DNA from: Phallusia mammillata
Lineage: Eukaryota
Assembly: GCA_965637545.1 (NCBI GenBank)
Contig: OZ281498.1
Location: forward strand, 13,082,001 to 13,146,000
DNA length: 64,000 nucleotides
Direction: 5' to 3'
The notes under the pieces are model-generated. The model was not told where the DNA came from. It saw nothing but the letters and a program-made list of their open reading frames with translations, and did no database searches. Position 1 is the stretch's first letter. Every line of letters starts with the position of its first letter. Position numbers and translations under genes: made by a program. Shown here one piece after another: positions 1 to 12,300 of this stretch.

Positions 1-1949
1 TGCGTTAAAAATATTTTGTAGTTTGATTAATTTCCGTCATAAAATGTTTGCTCCTTTTTGATTATCTGCCTTCAGGAAACCGAACACCGAAATAGCGAGC
101 TTACTTTTGTGATTCTAATCTTTCGCAAACTTTTTCGCTGACACCAACGTATAGAGGCGATTGAAAGTCATATCCATTATGTAGGGCTGCCTTGTCCTGC
201 GCAAAGTATACAACCATGGATGCGCCGTCTCATATCGCTGTTTGTAATAGTAAGCGTTAAACGGCCGCTGCTTATATTGTTCAGGTCACTCCAAAAACGC
301 CTTGTGATAACCGTTGGTTGAATCACATTGAAACGAAGAGATGGAAGGCAATTTTCATTAAAAGTAAAACCTACTGCTCGACCAATGTCACGTTTCGTAT
401 CAACCAAATACTTCCTTGGCGTAAAACATGCACGAAAATTGTATTGCCGCCCTGGAGAGTGTTAACATGTTGTCAAACAAGGTATTGGACGTATTTACTT
501 TTCACTTTATTCACACATAGCGACACGATGACGTTTTTGCTCGGAGCTGTCATTAATTCAATCATCGGTCTTTGTCTGTTACGAACCCTTCGCTATTGTG
601 TATTCCCAACAAACCATGTTCCAAAATCATGTGACTTCTGCTTGGTGACGCGCAGTCAATGAGAAAGTGAACTTTTTCTTTCTGTGCCGTCGTGTCACAC
701 GCAAATAATCAAGTTGCTTTTTAAAGGCAGGATGTATGATTTTTTGGGTGTTATTGCGATCAGTGCGTGATTGATGTGTGATCCTCTTTCGTCCACTCAA
801 TGACTTCCGAGAGTGATTGCAATTAAGCATTCCCCGGAAGCATATGGGTTGAATGCTTCGAGTGGCTCTTAGCAATCTCTGTTCTGGCGTATTAAAAATT
901 ACTTTACAGAGACACAGAAAAATATGTGCTTGGCAAACTTTACGCCACAAAATTTAAATGGAATGGGAAGTTAAGTGGTTGTGATGTAAACCTTTGACTA
1001 ATGTTAAACAAGACAAGGGGCGTCGGTTGCTCTGGGAAAGAAACAAACTTCGGACTAAAGTTCGGGCAAAGCAATAGAATGAACCCAATATGAACCACAG
1101 GGCTTTTATTATTTGCCCAGACGCTTCTAGCGAGTGACGTCATTTTCACCTGCCTACTCAAGGGACTCGATGCTTTGTTATACGCCATGCCTTAAAGGCG
1201 AGTATGGGCGTAGGTGGATCTACAAAATGAGGCCAATGGGACCCAGGCGTCACTCGACATAACTGTTGGGCCCAGTTGTTGTTCGTTTGACATTTCGACT
1301 ACTGAAGAAAATCCCAGTAGTGACACCACCAAACAACCACTTATTTGTGTACTCCACGGGATAGCAGTGAAGTCGTGAAAATGCTTGTGCATTTATCTCC
1401 AAAGCATAAAAAAATTAAACCAACTTTAAAAATGTAAGGTCAATTCGTGGTTTAAAATACAACAGTTCACAAATCTGAAATCAAACAAGTGCATTATTCT
1501 TTGAGCTCAAGTTACGTGTTTGCGTAGTGGATTATCCGGGAGCGTTCTTATCACTGGCCTTGTCAGTGAACCGGTAAACTGCCAACAATTTCTCGAATGC
1601 AGTGCAAATATTTTTTTCTTTCTCACCTCCCGACTCGCGTCCGATGGCATGCAGATAAATAGATTTGCTGTCGGTGTCTTGTCATCGTGAAACTGAACCC
1701 TAGTGCACCTATACCTAATGTTTCATCTTTATCGGACAACCCATCTTCCCTACAAGTTGAAATTTTACAGTCGACCAGACACTGTCCAGTCAGACAGAGT
1801 ATTTGCTTGGTTGGCTTCCCCGTTTAAACCTCCATTCCCTTCAATGTTTTTCTTGGCCAACCATACCCTATTCACGTGCTCGAGTTTTGGCCATAATTGC
1901 TCCATCTTAATTTTATACGCGTTTCTGAAATGTCTGTGTTTGTTTGCAG

Positions 1950-4900
1950 AATGCCCAGCTGGAAAGTTCAAGTCGGAATCTGGCAACGGTTTATGCAAGG
2001 ACTGCCCTGTTAATAGTTATGCATTGAACACAGGATCGCCTTCGTGTCGATGTAAGGACGGATTTTTTCGGGCCTTAGATGATCGGGCCGATGCATCTTG
2101 CACAAGTATGTAAATCCGAAACAAATGCAAACTACAATAACATGTCGAGTTTGATGTAGGCTTATAAGCCAGAATACCCATATATTTCATGTTTGCGTGA
2201 ATTGCGTTTGTATTGGTCATGTAATCCGCAACCTGGACGATCAAAGGCCAACTGGTCTAAACCAACTTTAGGGAGACCGATGAGAAATGCTTGTTTTTAA
2301 TCCTCGTCCGGTGCGCACGGAATTAGTGTTTTCGTACACGTTTCCTGGGTCAAGTACTTGACCTTGATGACGGATCGATAGAGCATGAGGTGCAAAAGTC
2401 GCCTTAGCTTGTGTACGTGTAGGAATGGTTGATCGAAAGTCGATTTTCTTACCGCGAAACCAGTCCCTAATGGCAATCAATATCGAGTTAAGGACGTGGC
2501 CAGCTGTAATTAATCTTCTTTCTCCTTGTTAACTTGTCATGTCACGAACCGTGCTTCGTCCATTTACGGCAAATTAAAAATCTTGTCTGGACAACTTGAC
2601 CGTATGCCCCATAGGAGAGGTGTGAAGAAAAGTGTAATATCGTTTTTTTTTCTGCAGAACCACCGAGTAAACCGATCCTTCTCGAATCATTAGTCAACAA
2701 AACCGAAGTCATACTAACCTGGAATGAACCTCAAGAAAATGGCGGACGAGCTGACATCACGTATACGTAAGGAATAGATCTTAAAAATATTAAAAATAAG
2801 TTAATTTTTATTCTTTGTAGCTTAGTTATACACTCTTACTTATGGGGTTCTATATGAAATATCCGAGCAAATGAAAATGTCAATATACCAAACTGTATAA
2901 TTTGCTTACAGCGTGTCTTGCCAACGTTGCGACTCCACTTTCACCTTATGCGACGCTTGTTTGCGAAAAGTCGATTTCTTTCCCCGTAAATATCGCCTTA
3001 CCACTGGACGCGTCATTGTCAAAGATCTTTCACCGTTCACTTACTACAAGTTTGAGGTGAGAATCGGTTTAACCAACCACCTCTTTTGGCGATCACTGTA
3101 AAAACATTTTTCTGAATACTTTGTTTTCTGTTTAAGGTTTACTCGTTCAATGGCGTTTCAAGTTCCAGCGGATTGGAACCGAAGTTTGCAGAAATAACAC
3201 TCAAGACAAATCAAGCAGGTGCATATTTTCTTGATTAAATCGGTTTAGAAGTAACATTGATTAACATTCAGTAAATATTTTAAAGAAAAGAGATAATTTA
3301 ATTTAAAGGTCAGTTGCCTTCTGCTATGGTTGCATTTTTAAAATTCAAAATTGTCCCTCAATATTCGATCAATGTCGTTGGTTTTTACTTACATTCGAGG
3401 CCATCAATAAGACAAACTGGTGCATGACACGGCGGCAGAATGACGTCAAGTGATCTTAGTGCGTCCGCTTTTTGGAAATAAAGCACACTCGAAGATAAAT
3501 GTTTGTCGCGACGAAGAGGGTTTAAATCGGACTTGGGAATTGCAACCACATTGGTCAAATACGGGCGATTGTTGATTTGGGTCAAACCTCCCCGCTGTTT
3601 TGGCTGGGGTCGTATTTATTCTGGGGATATGTATGCAATCGGCGATAGGTCTATTAAACGTTCATTTAGAAAAAGTTCAAATATTTAGTTTTCGGGCATT
3701 GATAATGGCAAAGTTGCTTTGTTTTTCTTACATGATTTTCTTAAAACTGATGTGTTTTGTGGCTTGAGACGCTGTTGACAAACTTGTTAGAAACGCTTCG
3801 GATCATTCCAAATGACCTAGCTAAATAATTCACTCTTGTACGCAGCACCATCTCCCGTTTATCCAGTTCGCATAATGTCAACCACTAGCGGCAAAGTTGA
3901 GCTACAGTGGGATCGGCCACCAAGTCGGGTTTCTGTTGTTGATTACCAGATACGCTACTCAAGTGTCCACGACACTCGTACCAACGTCACCAAAGATCTT
4001 CACTTTAAACTTACTAATCTTAAGCCCTCTACATCATATACAGTTCAGGTTGGTTCCATAGTATTTATTGTTTCAAACAGATTGGTTGTGTAGTATGATC
4101 TAAGTTTGTATTTATTGTCTGCATGGCAATGCAAAATTTGTGTTTCGTATTTCAGGTTCGTGCCCGCAGCAAGGCTGGTTTTGGTTTGTTCGGCCGCAAG
4201 TCAGCTTTTCGCACCAAACCCAAAGTTCGTGTTACCATAATTCCAGTCCACGACAACCTTTTGCCCCATGCCGACTTTGAAACTCAAACTAAAGCAGTAG
4301 AAGTGAGCCAGATAAACGATGAAGTCAACACGATCACCAAACCTATGCCGGACCGCAACCAATTGATACTTGCTATAGTTGTGACGTGTAGCCTTCTGGT
4401 GATCGCAATTGGAGTCCTTCTCATTCTTTACGGACGGAGAAGACGATACGCGAAATCCGCCGTTGCCGATTTCGAAAAGTATCCGGGATTTATCAACAGC
4501 TCCGGTAAGTCAAATGTGCCCTCCGCACTGTCAAACCAAATACACTATGAGTAAGTTTTAACTGTTGGTTGTTTGTGTTTAGTGGATTTGATCAGCACCA
4601 AAACATATGTTGACCCAAGCACATACGAAGATCCTTACTCAGCTGTTCAGCAATTTGCAAACGAAATTGACTATAGATTTGTCAAAATTGAGCAAGTGAT
4701 TGGAAAAGGTAAATATTTGGACTCAATTAACTCCTTGTAAGAAACTCTCGAAAATACTTCAATTTTTCACTGATCTGTTCAGGTGAATTCGGTGAGGTGT
4801 GCAAAGGAGTGCTTACACCATCGTGCCAAGCGGTTGCTATCAAGACTCTCAAAGCTGGTTACAGCAACCAGGAAAAACTCGACTTCCTCAGCGAAGCGTC

Positions 4901-6520
4901 GATCATGGGACAATTCGAACATCCCAATGTTATAAGACTGGAGGGAGTTGTAACCAGAAGTCGACCGCTCATGATCATCACGGAATTCATGCAACATGGG
5001 TCGTTGGATGATTACCTCAGGGTATGTGAATATAATGCACAAAGTTAGCAAAAAAGCCGTAACTTTAAGATCGATTTGTTTGAAAAGTTCTGGTCGGATG
5101 TTAAACATGTATTATTTGCACAGGCGAACGAAGGAAAAATTCCTGTTGAAAAACTGACACAATTTCTACACAATATTGCGTCTGGAATGAAATATCTTTC
5201 CGACATGGGATACGTCCATCGGGATCTGGCTGCCCGTAATGTTCTTGTTGATTCTGATCTTGTTTGCAAAGTATCCGATTTTGGACTAAGTCGGGTGTTG
5301 GAAGAAGTTGGGGATGAAGAAATGGCTATGTACACCACTAGGGTAAGTTCAGCGGTTTACCGAACAGTTTCACAACGTAGGCATTTCTGAATCATGAATT
5401 GCATTGCCAAAAATTGCCATTTACTGAATGTTTTGTAATGAATTCTCTATTTGCAATTGATTAACGTTGACCTTTTTTCTGAAGGGAGGCATGATTCCAA
5501 TCCGCTGGACGGCGCCAGAGGCAATTACGCAACGCACATTTAGCTCATCTAGTGACGTATGGAGTTACGGCATAGTGACGTGGGAGATACTTTCGTACGG
5601 AGAGAGACCTTACTGGGAGATGTCTAACCAAGACGTAAGTCGTTTAAAAATTTTTGCACATATAGTCTTATTTAAAATAATTTATAAATGAGGATTTTGA
5701 TGCAAACAACCGATGAAAATTTCGGACAGGTATAAACAAAACCTTTTTACAGGTGGTGCATTTCGTGGATAGTGGATATCGTCTTCCAGCCCCTTGTTAT
5801 TGCCCCAGAATCCTTCATTGCATGATGCTGGATTGTTGGAACAGAGATCGTACGCACCGACCTACATTTAAACACTTGGTGTCGCAATTAAACCGTTTCT
5901 TAAATGACGGCCTGTGTTTCAACGATACCATCAACAACAGGTACTTACAAAAAACATTTGTTCAAATACAAAATGTCCTTATACGTGTTACATACTTTTT
6001 GTTATTAATGGGTTTGTTACAAGTAAAACACTGTTTAACACCCCCTTTTTCCGTTCAGGCCTTACAGAGAACAGGAAGATTGCATTCCTGAACTATTGGA
6101 TCTTTCTTCACTTGGTCAGTGGCTTGAACAAATGCATCTTCTCCAACACAAACCTGCGATGCTTAGAAGCGGATGTGTAACTGCTGAACAAATAATGCGA
6201 CTTAGTCTGAGGTATAAATCAACAAAACAAATTATTACTTTTAGTATGTTTTGACCAAGGCGTAACGCTAAAAGTATTAAGCCAATAGTTTTGCCCCAAC
6301 AAATAGTCATCGTTACGAATTGTTCAATATTAACAACCAAACGTTTTGAGATAACGAAGTATAGTAAGTTTTGCGTTTGATTTTAAATTAACTATTTTTT
6401 TGCAGTGAGCTTGAAATCATGGGCATCGAAGACCCACGTCACATTCAAACTATTCTTCATGAAGCGCAAGTTTTACGTCAAAAGATAGAGGAAGTGAACA
6501 ACAAAGGGATTGCTGTGTGA
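1950..6520 (+). CDS. Eph: Eph receptor tyrosine kinase paralogue 1, 5'-partial (EGF-like, FN3 x2, TM, kinase, SAM, PDZ-binding tail GIAV)
   Basis: Hand-spliced GT-AG exons 1950-2105, 2658-2766, 2912-3056, 3137-3218, 3846-4048, 4156-4504, 4583-4708, 4783-5021, 5124-5342, 5485-5634, 5753-5940, 6059-6211 and 6406-6520 keep one reading frame. Motifs: CPAGKFK..C..CP, juxtamembrane [58 protein letters not shown]. Ligand-binding-domain exons lie upstream of the window. Confidence 0.95.
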
Positions 6521-9318
6521 ATTGAATCTTTTCGACACATAACGTGGGAAACCGCCCTTGGAAGCCGAGAGGTCTGAGATGTTCGAGGCGAAACTCAGAG
6601 GGAAGATATCAAGTCGAATCCCACCCCCACCTACCCACCAACTCACATCACACTTGTGTTATACAATAGCGGCCGGTCCGCTTGTTTTTCACTTCACTTC
6701 AATTATTTCACTGTGTGTTTTTGTCATCTGCTTTGCTCGAAGCATCAAAGACAATCTGTTTTGAGTTCCTTTTACCGATCACCTTACGTTTTACGTGTTA
6801 ACGTTTTTTTCTCCTTGTGTAATTAATTGGATATTGTTAAAGATGCCAATCCGTCATCCGTCATGGCACTGTTTTGCTTTATAGTCGCCGACACAACGCT
6901 TATTACACTGGGAGGTCCCAACACTCATGCGCTTCCACTGTTTACTGCATGTACACCACACAATAATTAAGCTTAAACCCACACACACCTTCAATTTATC
7001 TATATCTACCGGATAAAGGTCTTAACCTTAACCATGCACAGCGCGACACCAATATTATTAAGCGTTGCGTAACTTAACTGCAAGGGACCTTATGTAACAA
7101 GTCACATCTGGAAAAATTCGCGTTCGGAATTGCGACTGTTTATTTCACTGCGTATCAGCTATATCCTGTCTATTAAACGTTAGAAGGCGAATGTTGCCTT
7201 CCGATATTGCAGGGTGTAACCTAAAATTTTGTAAAGATTTTTATTTGTCTTGAAAATATTGCATTGGATATTTCTTCGTTGTTTGACAACGGCATTTGCT
7301 TCTTGTTGTTTGAGTGAAATGAACTTGAAATATAAAATAACACGCGAGTTGATGGTGTGAGTTTAAAAATTTCAAAAAAAAGTGTGTTAGAGGCCAGTGA
7401 CACAAAATTGTCAACAGGTAGGGTTTATTCGATAACTAATTTTCCAAATAAAATGCAGGGATGTGCAAGAGCTAATTGGTTTATGTAAACCCAGGTTTGT
7501 TAGGTATGTTAAATAATCTGGGATTGCTCTATGACTAAAACGGCATCGCAGTTCAGACCATCTCTTCCTTTTCTACGTCACGTAAACGTACAGCTATAGT
7601 ACAATTGAAACACCTTTAATGACTTTACCAATAGTGGTCTATTTTCCTGTTCTTTTTCGGTCAGTGCAGTGCCAAAACAGTGTTTTTTACGAGTAGTATG
7701 AATCGGAATGTTTTTTACTTTAACACGCCAGAGGTAAATTTGCTGAAGTATTTTTCAGTTCGAAACTCAACATTAAAATAAAAGTTACATATCATTATTG
7801 ACTTTTACATGCTTATATTGTCGTTTTTGTCTATGCATACGTACCCGTAAAACGTGACTTTGAACTTATACGTATCTTTCACCTGCCGCAAAAAATCACG
7901 ATGTTTGTAGAAAAAGTTCCAACTTTGGTTTTAAGACATTCCCGAAATCTCTGGGAAATTATTTTTTGTTTGACAAATTCGGCAGGAGAGGACGGTAATT
8001 CATGATTCATCGCAAACAGATGTGGGGTCGTTTCGTTTTCACACACCGACTGTGATCTGGCTTCACCTGAAGGGGAAAAGACAGCAATAGTCAGCAGCGC
8101 ACAAAGAATGTGGAAGTTGTAAAACGTGGGCGTGATTGTCCAGTTTAATCAGGTTGCCTATTCGACAGATTTCGTCAGTCAGCTTGCGTCGTAGAAAGGG
8201 GCCATTTGACGAACCTATTGTGTGGCGATTGTCATTGGCAGAACGTGTACAGATTAACGCGGATTAAAAGAGCAAGTAGATTAAGCTGTCGTTGTCACGG
8301 AGATGTGGGTCGCACAAACAGGAAGCCTGCAGTTTGGTTTTCCCGGGTCTGTGTTAATTCGCACCACACCTGTGATATGACAGCGCTCGCCCGCCGGCGT
8401 ACGAGAAAATGTTAAATGATATCGATGCGGCTTTGGAAAACTACATCATAGTTGGGTAACGTTATGCAGGATCGGGTCGTCTCAAGAATAGCCCATTTCG
8501 TCAACTTAGTATAGTGTTCTCTGTTTATGCATAACATGTTACAGTTTTAACATGATCTCTGAGTTTTGTTTTGTCAAACTTCTGTATCCGTTTGTTTGTT
8601 AAAAAAGGTTTACCGGTGTCCATATATAAATACGACATACAAAATATTCAGAGGATTGATTATATTATTCCGATATGGTTTTAAGCATCGCTGCAGTAAA
8701 ATATTTTTTCTTGAAAAAATTGTTGGAATATCTGTGCGGGTGTCGGTGCGAAATCGAGAGAATGTGGGCGAAAAAGGCTTGAAGAAAAGAGAAGATGCTT
8801 TTTCTATGCGCTCTGTTCCCAGAGTGCCACTTGCAATGTCCCGCATAGTAAGGCAGCAAAACGAGCTTTGTTTTGTTGTTGCGTGGTCAGTTTTTCACGT
8901 TAAGTACAGCACACGTAGTATGTAATGCTGTTATTTGTCTCAAGGCCTCTGACAGTTTGAGTCGATTTGATATTTAAACAGGTTGAAGTGGAATACAATG
9001 GCTTTGTTGTCGTTGTGTTTGTTCAGTTCGATTGGCATGAGACGACAGATAAACTTTAAGAGATAAAACAACAAGGAAAGCTAGAAAATAATTAACATGT
9101 ACGTGAAATGTCGCAACTAATTCAATATGTATTCAACAGGACTGCAGACAGCAATCTGTCGCCACCAGAGAAAAACAACGCTGAGTAAACGAATGCTTTA
9201 AACATTGTGTGGGCGTGAAAAAGCGGATTGGCGCCAAGTTCAAGATTACACAACAGTGGAAATACCTTGCTTAGTGGAAATATTATATGCATCAAAACTG
9301 TGATATAACCTTTGCATA

Positions 9319-12300
9319 ATGTCGTCTAAGAGAAGACATTCTTTGGTCAGTCTACGAAATGCGATCGCCCTATTGTTACTAGCGGCGATTGTGAACCTAA
9401 CAAGCGGAAAAGAAGGTGAGTGCTTTCAAATCAGAATTGTCCACACCTACTTTGTCATTGTTGTCAGTTGTCACGCAAATCGTTTTCGGAATAGCTAAAC
9501 TTAGAGATGGTCGAAGCAGTTTCCTGACCAGGACGTTTAATTAGCGTTTCCAGTCAAGTCGCTTCATAAACCCATTGAACGCTACTGTTAAAAGCTAATT
9601 TAATCCGTCGGCGCAGAGTTTCGCGATCCGGTAATAACCAGGCGTTTGCGGAAAGTTCAATTAGCAAGACTTCGCAGATGTATGTGAAAATACCGCCTAC
9701 CGACAAAGTGTTGGCCGAACCTGTCGTGGGAGCGTTTCTCATAATCCTGATAAAAATGTCCAGCTTTGCAAGCAGTGTCGGGTCTGTGCTTGTGAGACAT
9801 AAACAAAACAATTACTCATTGGGTACAAGCCAATATCAGACCTTTTCGAATTTTGGTAAAAATACAATAGATTTCACAGGCCTAAAAATAAGTACACGGT
9901 TATATATTTGATGGCGTTTGTGTGAAACGTTGCCGCAAAAATGTACAAAACATTAATTCGTATATCAAGCAGGCTAAACATAAATCTTAACGACCATTCC
10001 TACAAATGAAGGGCGGACGCGAAAACGGAAACCTTGGGTTTATAGCAAACGTCTTCGAATGAATCACTCGACGTGTACACTAATAGCAAAACACTTTGCT
10101 CTCTTGCTTCAACTGTACATGTAGTAACGTCATAGTTCGGACAGTGAACTGGCATCTCCCAAACGGACGGCCAAGGTATCAGATTACGTGAAACTGTATA
10201 CAACCCACGCACCCGTCTGCATTTTAGTCAATGCAAGTCGAAATGATTGTATGTGGTGATTTTCTTCTCACCCGTTACTCTAACACGACTCGCAAGTAGC
10301 CTAATGCTTGGGGCAAAAACGAGTTAGCTACAGGTTTTGTATCGCACAAATGAAGTGGCTTTTTATGTTCGCACAATACCATTGAGCACCTCAAGTTACT
10401 TGTGTTTTGGATGCTACTTTAGTTTTTAAGAATCGTCAAATGCTAATTTCCGCTATTTACCGTTTAAAATAGTTTCCGTTTTCACGTTTGTTTGTCCACC
10501 ATTTCCATATTAGCTTGTGTTCGACCTAATTACATGCGAACCTTAGCGTGACCCGATCATGTGCCCATATATCGGTGCTATTCGGACCTCGGGATTAAAG
10601 CTAAATACCGTAAACTCCAGCTCAATTTTTATCGCCAGCTTAATGCAACCCCAATTAGTATCTCTATGCCACATTGGTGTTAGGCGTTCCACGCGCGCCA
10701 TAGCGGCACCAGTTCATAAAAATAGCACGGTTTACGATTGCAATTACTCCCCTATCACCCGCTATCCAACAAGTTACAACGATATATGAGATGATTCGTG
10801 GTTTTTCAAACTACTCAATTTGATTCGATACCCACATTTGAATTGCCATGAAAAGTGCTTTGTAGTTTCACCTGCGTTTTTACACATTGTCTTCGTCCGA
10901 GTTTCGTGCTTTTTACGACGTGTTCCGTTGTATTTGCTAATGGGCTGGCTCGTCAAAGTCTGGGCAGACGACGGCGAATTTGCGACGCGACAGGGGTTAG
11001 TACGACTTCTTCTCACACAAAGCGACACTTGGAGTGTTTACCAATACCCTCAGGTTTCGCACTCTGTCGCTTGGTTCCTTTGTGGCGACAAGAGTGTTTG
11101 ATTTTAGCGCAATCTTTGTGAGATATTAAAGACAAATTTGTTTTTCTAGTCTTTCCGAACAAAAACGCATACTTAAAAAAAACTTTCGCATTGTTATGAA
11201 AACAAGGCATAACTGTAAAACCAATATTATAGAAACTATTGCTACATTTTGGCCTTTTGCTGACAAGGTTTTTGGTGCTTGAACTTAGTTCAGTTAAATG
11301 ATTGCCGAATTTTGAATGAAAGGCAATTTAAATCTTTATATCATTAAACCACACCACAAGTATTCCAATTTAAATCAAGTGGTTGCGGGCGGCAGGGCGA
11401 CTTGTCCGCCATGATTTTGAATTGCAGATTGAAAATACCAAATTATTGAGCGTTGTAATATTGCCAAATAGGGAAAGGTTTGATCCCATAAATCTGCCAA
11501 TTTCTCAAAGGAAATGGCAGCATAGAAAGGTTGACTGTACTGACGAAACTCGTTTCTGGCCAATATCGGAAGATAGTTAATGTCGGAGATTTCGTAACAC
11601 ACAAGGCACAAGATTCTGCAGCCGCATGCGCAATACCAGTCAATTCGAAGTCTGTGACCGTAATATTTTATAACGAGGTAAATTACAGTCGTCTGTGCTT
11701 AGAACATCCTGCCCGCTGCAACATCAATTTCGATGATGACAGGGTGTCTCTCGTACACCTTCCAACACGTCATACCCTCAGGCAGATCAGCAAGCTGGCC
11801 ATTCGTAGAGTTGTGTGTGTCGCATCGACTACAATAGCGATACGGAGATTGCTATCTCAAAACAGGTTAAAATGAAATTTTTCCCCCGAACAAAGCAACT
11901 GACCGACACAGGTGTTAAGGAAGTCGCCATTTCACAATGGCATTTTCTATTCATGTCCTAAATGGATCCAACGCATTGTGCACTATATTGAATCAACTCT
12001 AAACAACGCTAAGATTTACTATAGTCTTGTGTTTCGTGTGTGTTTGACAATTTGGTGTTGAACGAGTCTACTCACTTTGTAGATTCGGGCTCGTTATGAA
12101 GGGAACAAACCTATTATTGTTCAAAACTTATTTTACTGCAGGTTTGCTCCCACCTCGAAGCTTCCGGTAGCAAACATGCGCCCTATACCCATTTTTGTTT
12201 GATGTTGCCTATATGTTATTATGTGCCGACCTTTCTTGCATTAATAATTGATTTGACAATTTGTGACCCAAATTGAGGCGCCTGGGCTTGTCCGAAGCTA

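Noticed and set aside
177-1900. Short ORFs in the first 2 kb, and generally the many 60-130 aa ORFs in the track
   Set aside because: No domain similarity. They are intronic chance ORFs or exon read-throughs already explained by the spliced models.
2434-2460. Intronic stretch resembling part of Eph-1 exon 2912-3056 (CGAAAGTCGATTTTCTT versus CGAAAAGTCGATTTCTT)
   Set aside because: The similarity is under 30 nt and gapped, with no matching splice sites; not enough to call a duplicated or alternative exon.
4783-5634. Possibility that one paralogue is a pseudokinase or pseudogene
   Set aside because: All three keep GxGx[20 protein letters not shown] and the juxtamembrane and activation-loop tyrosines, and there are no frameshifts or in-frame stops.
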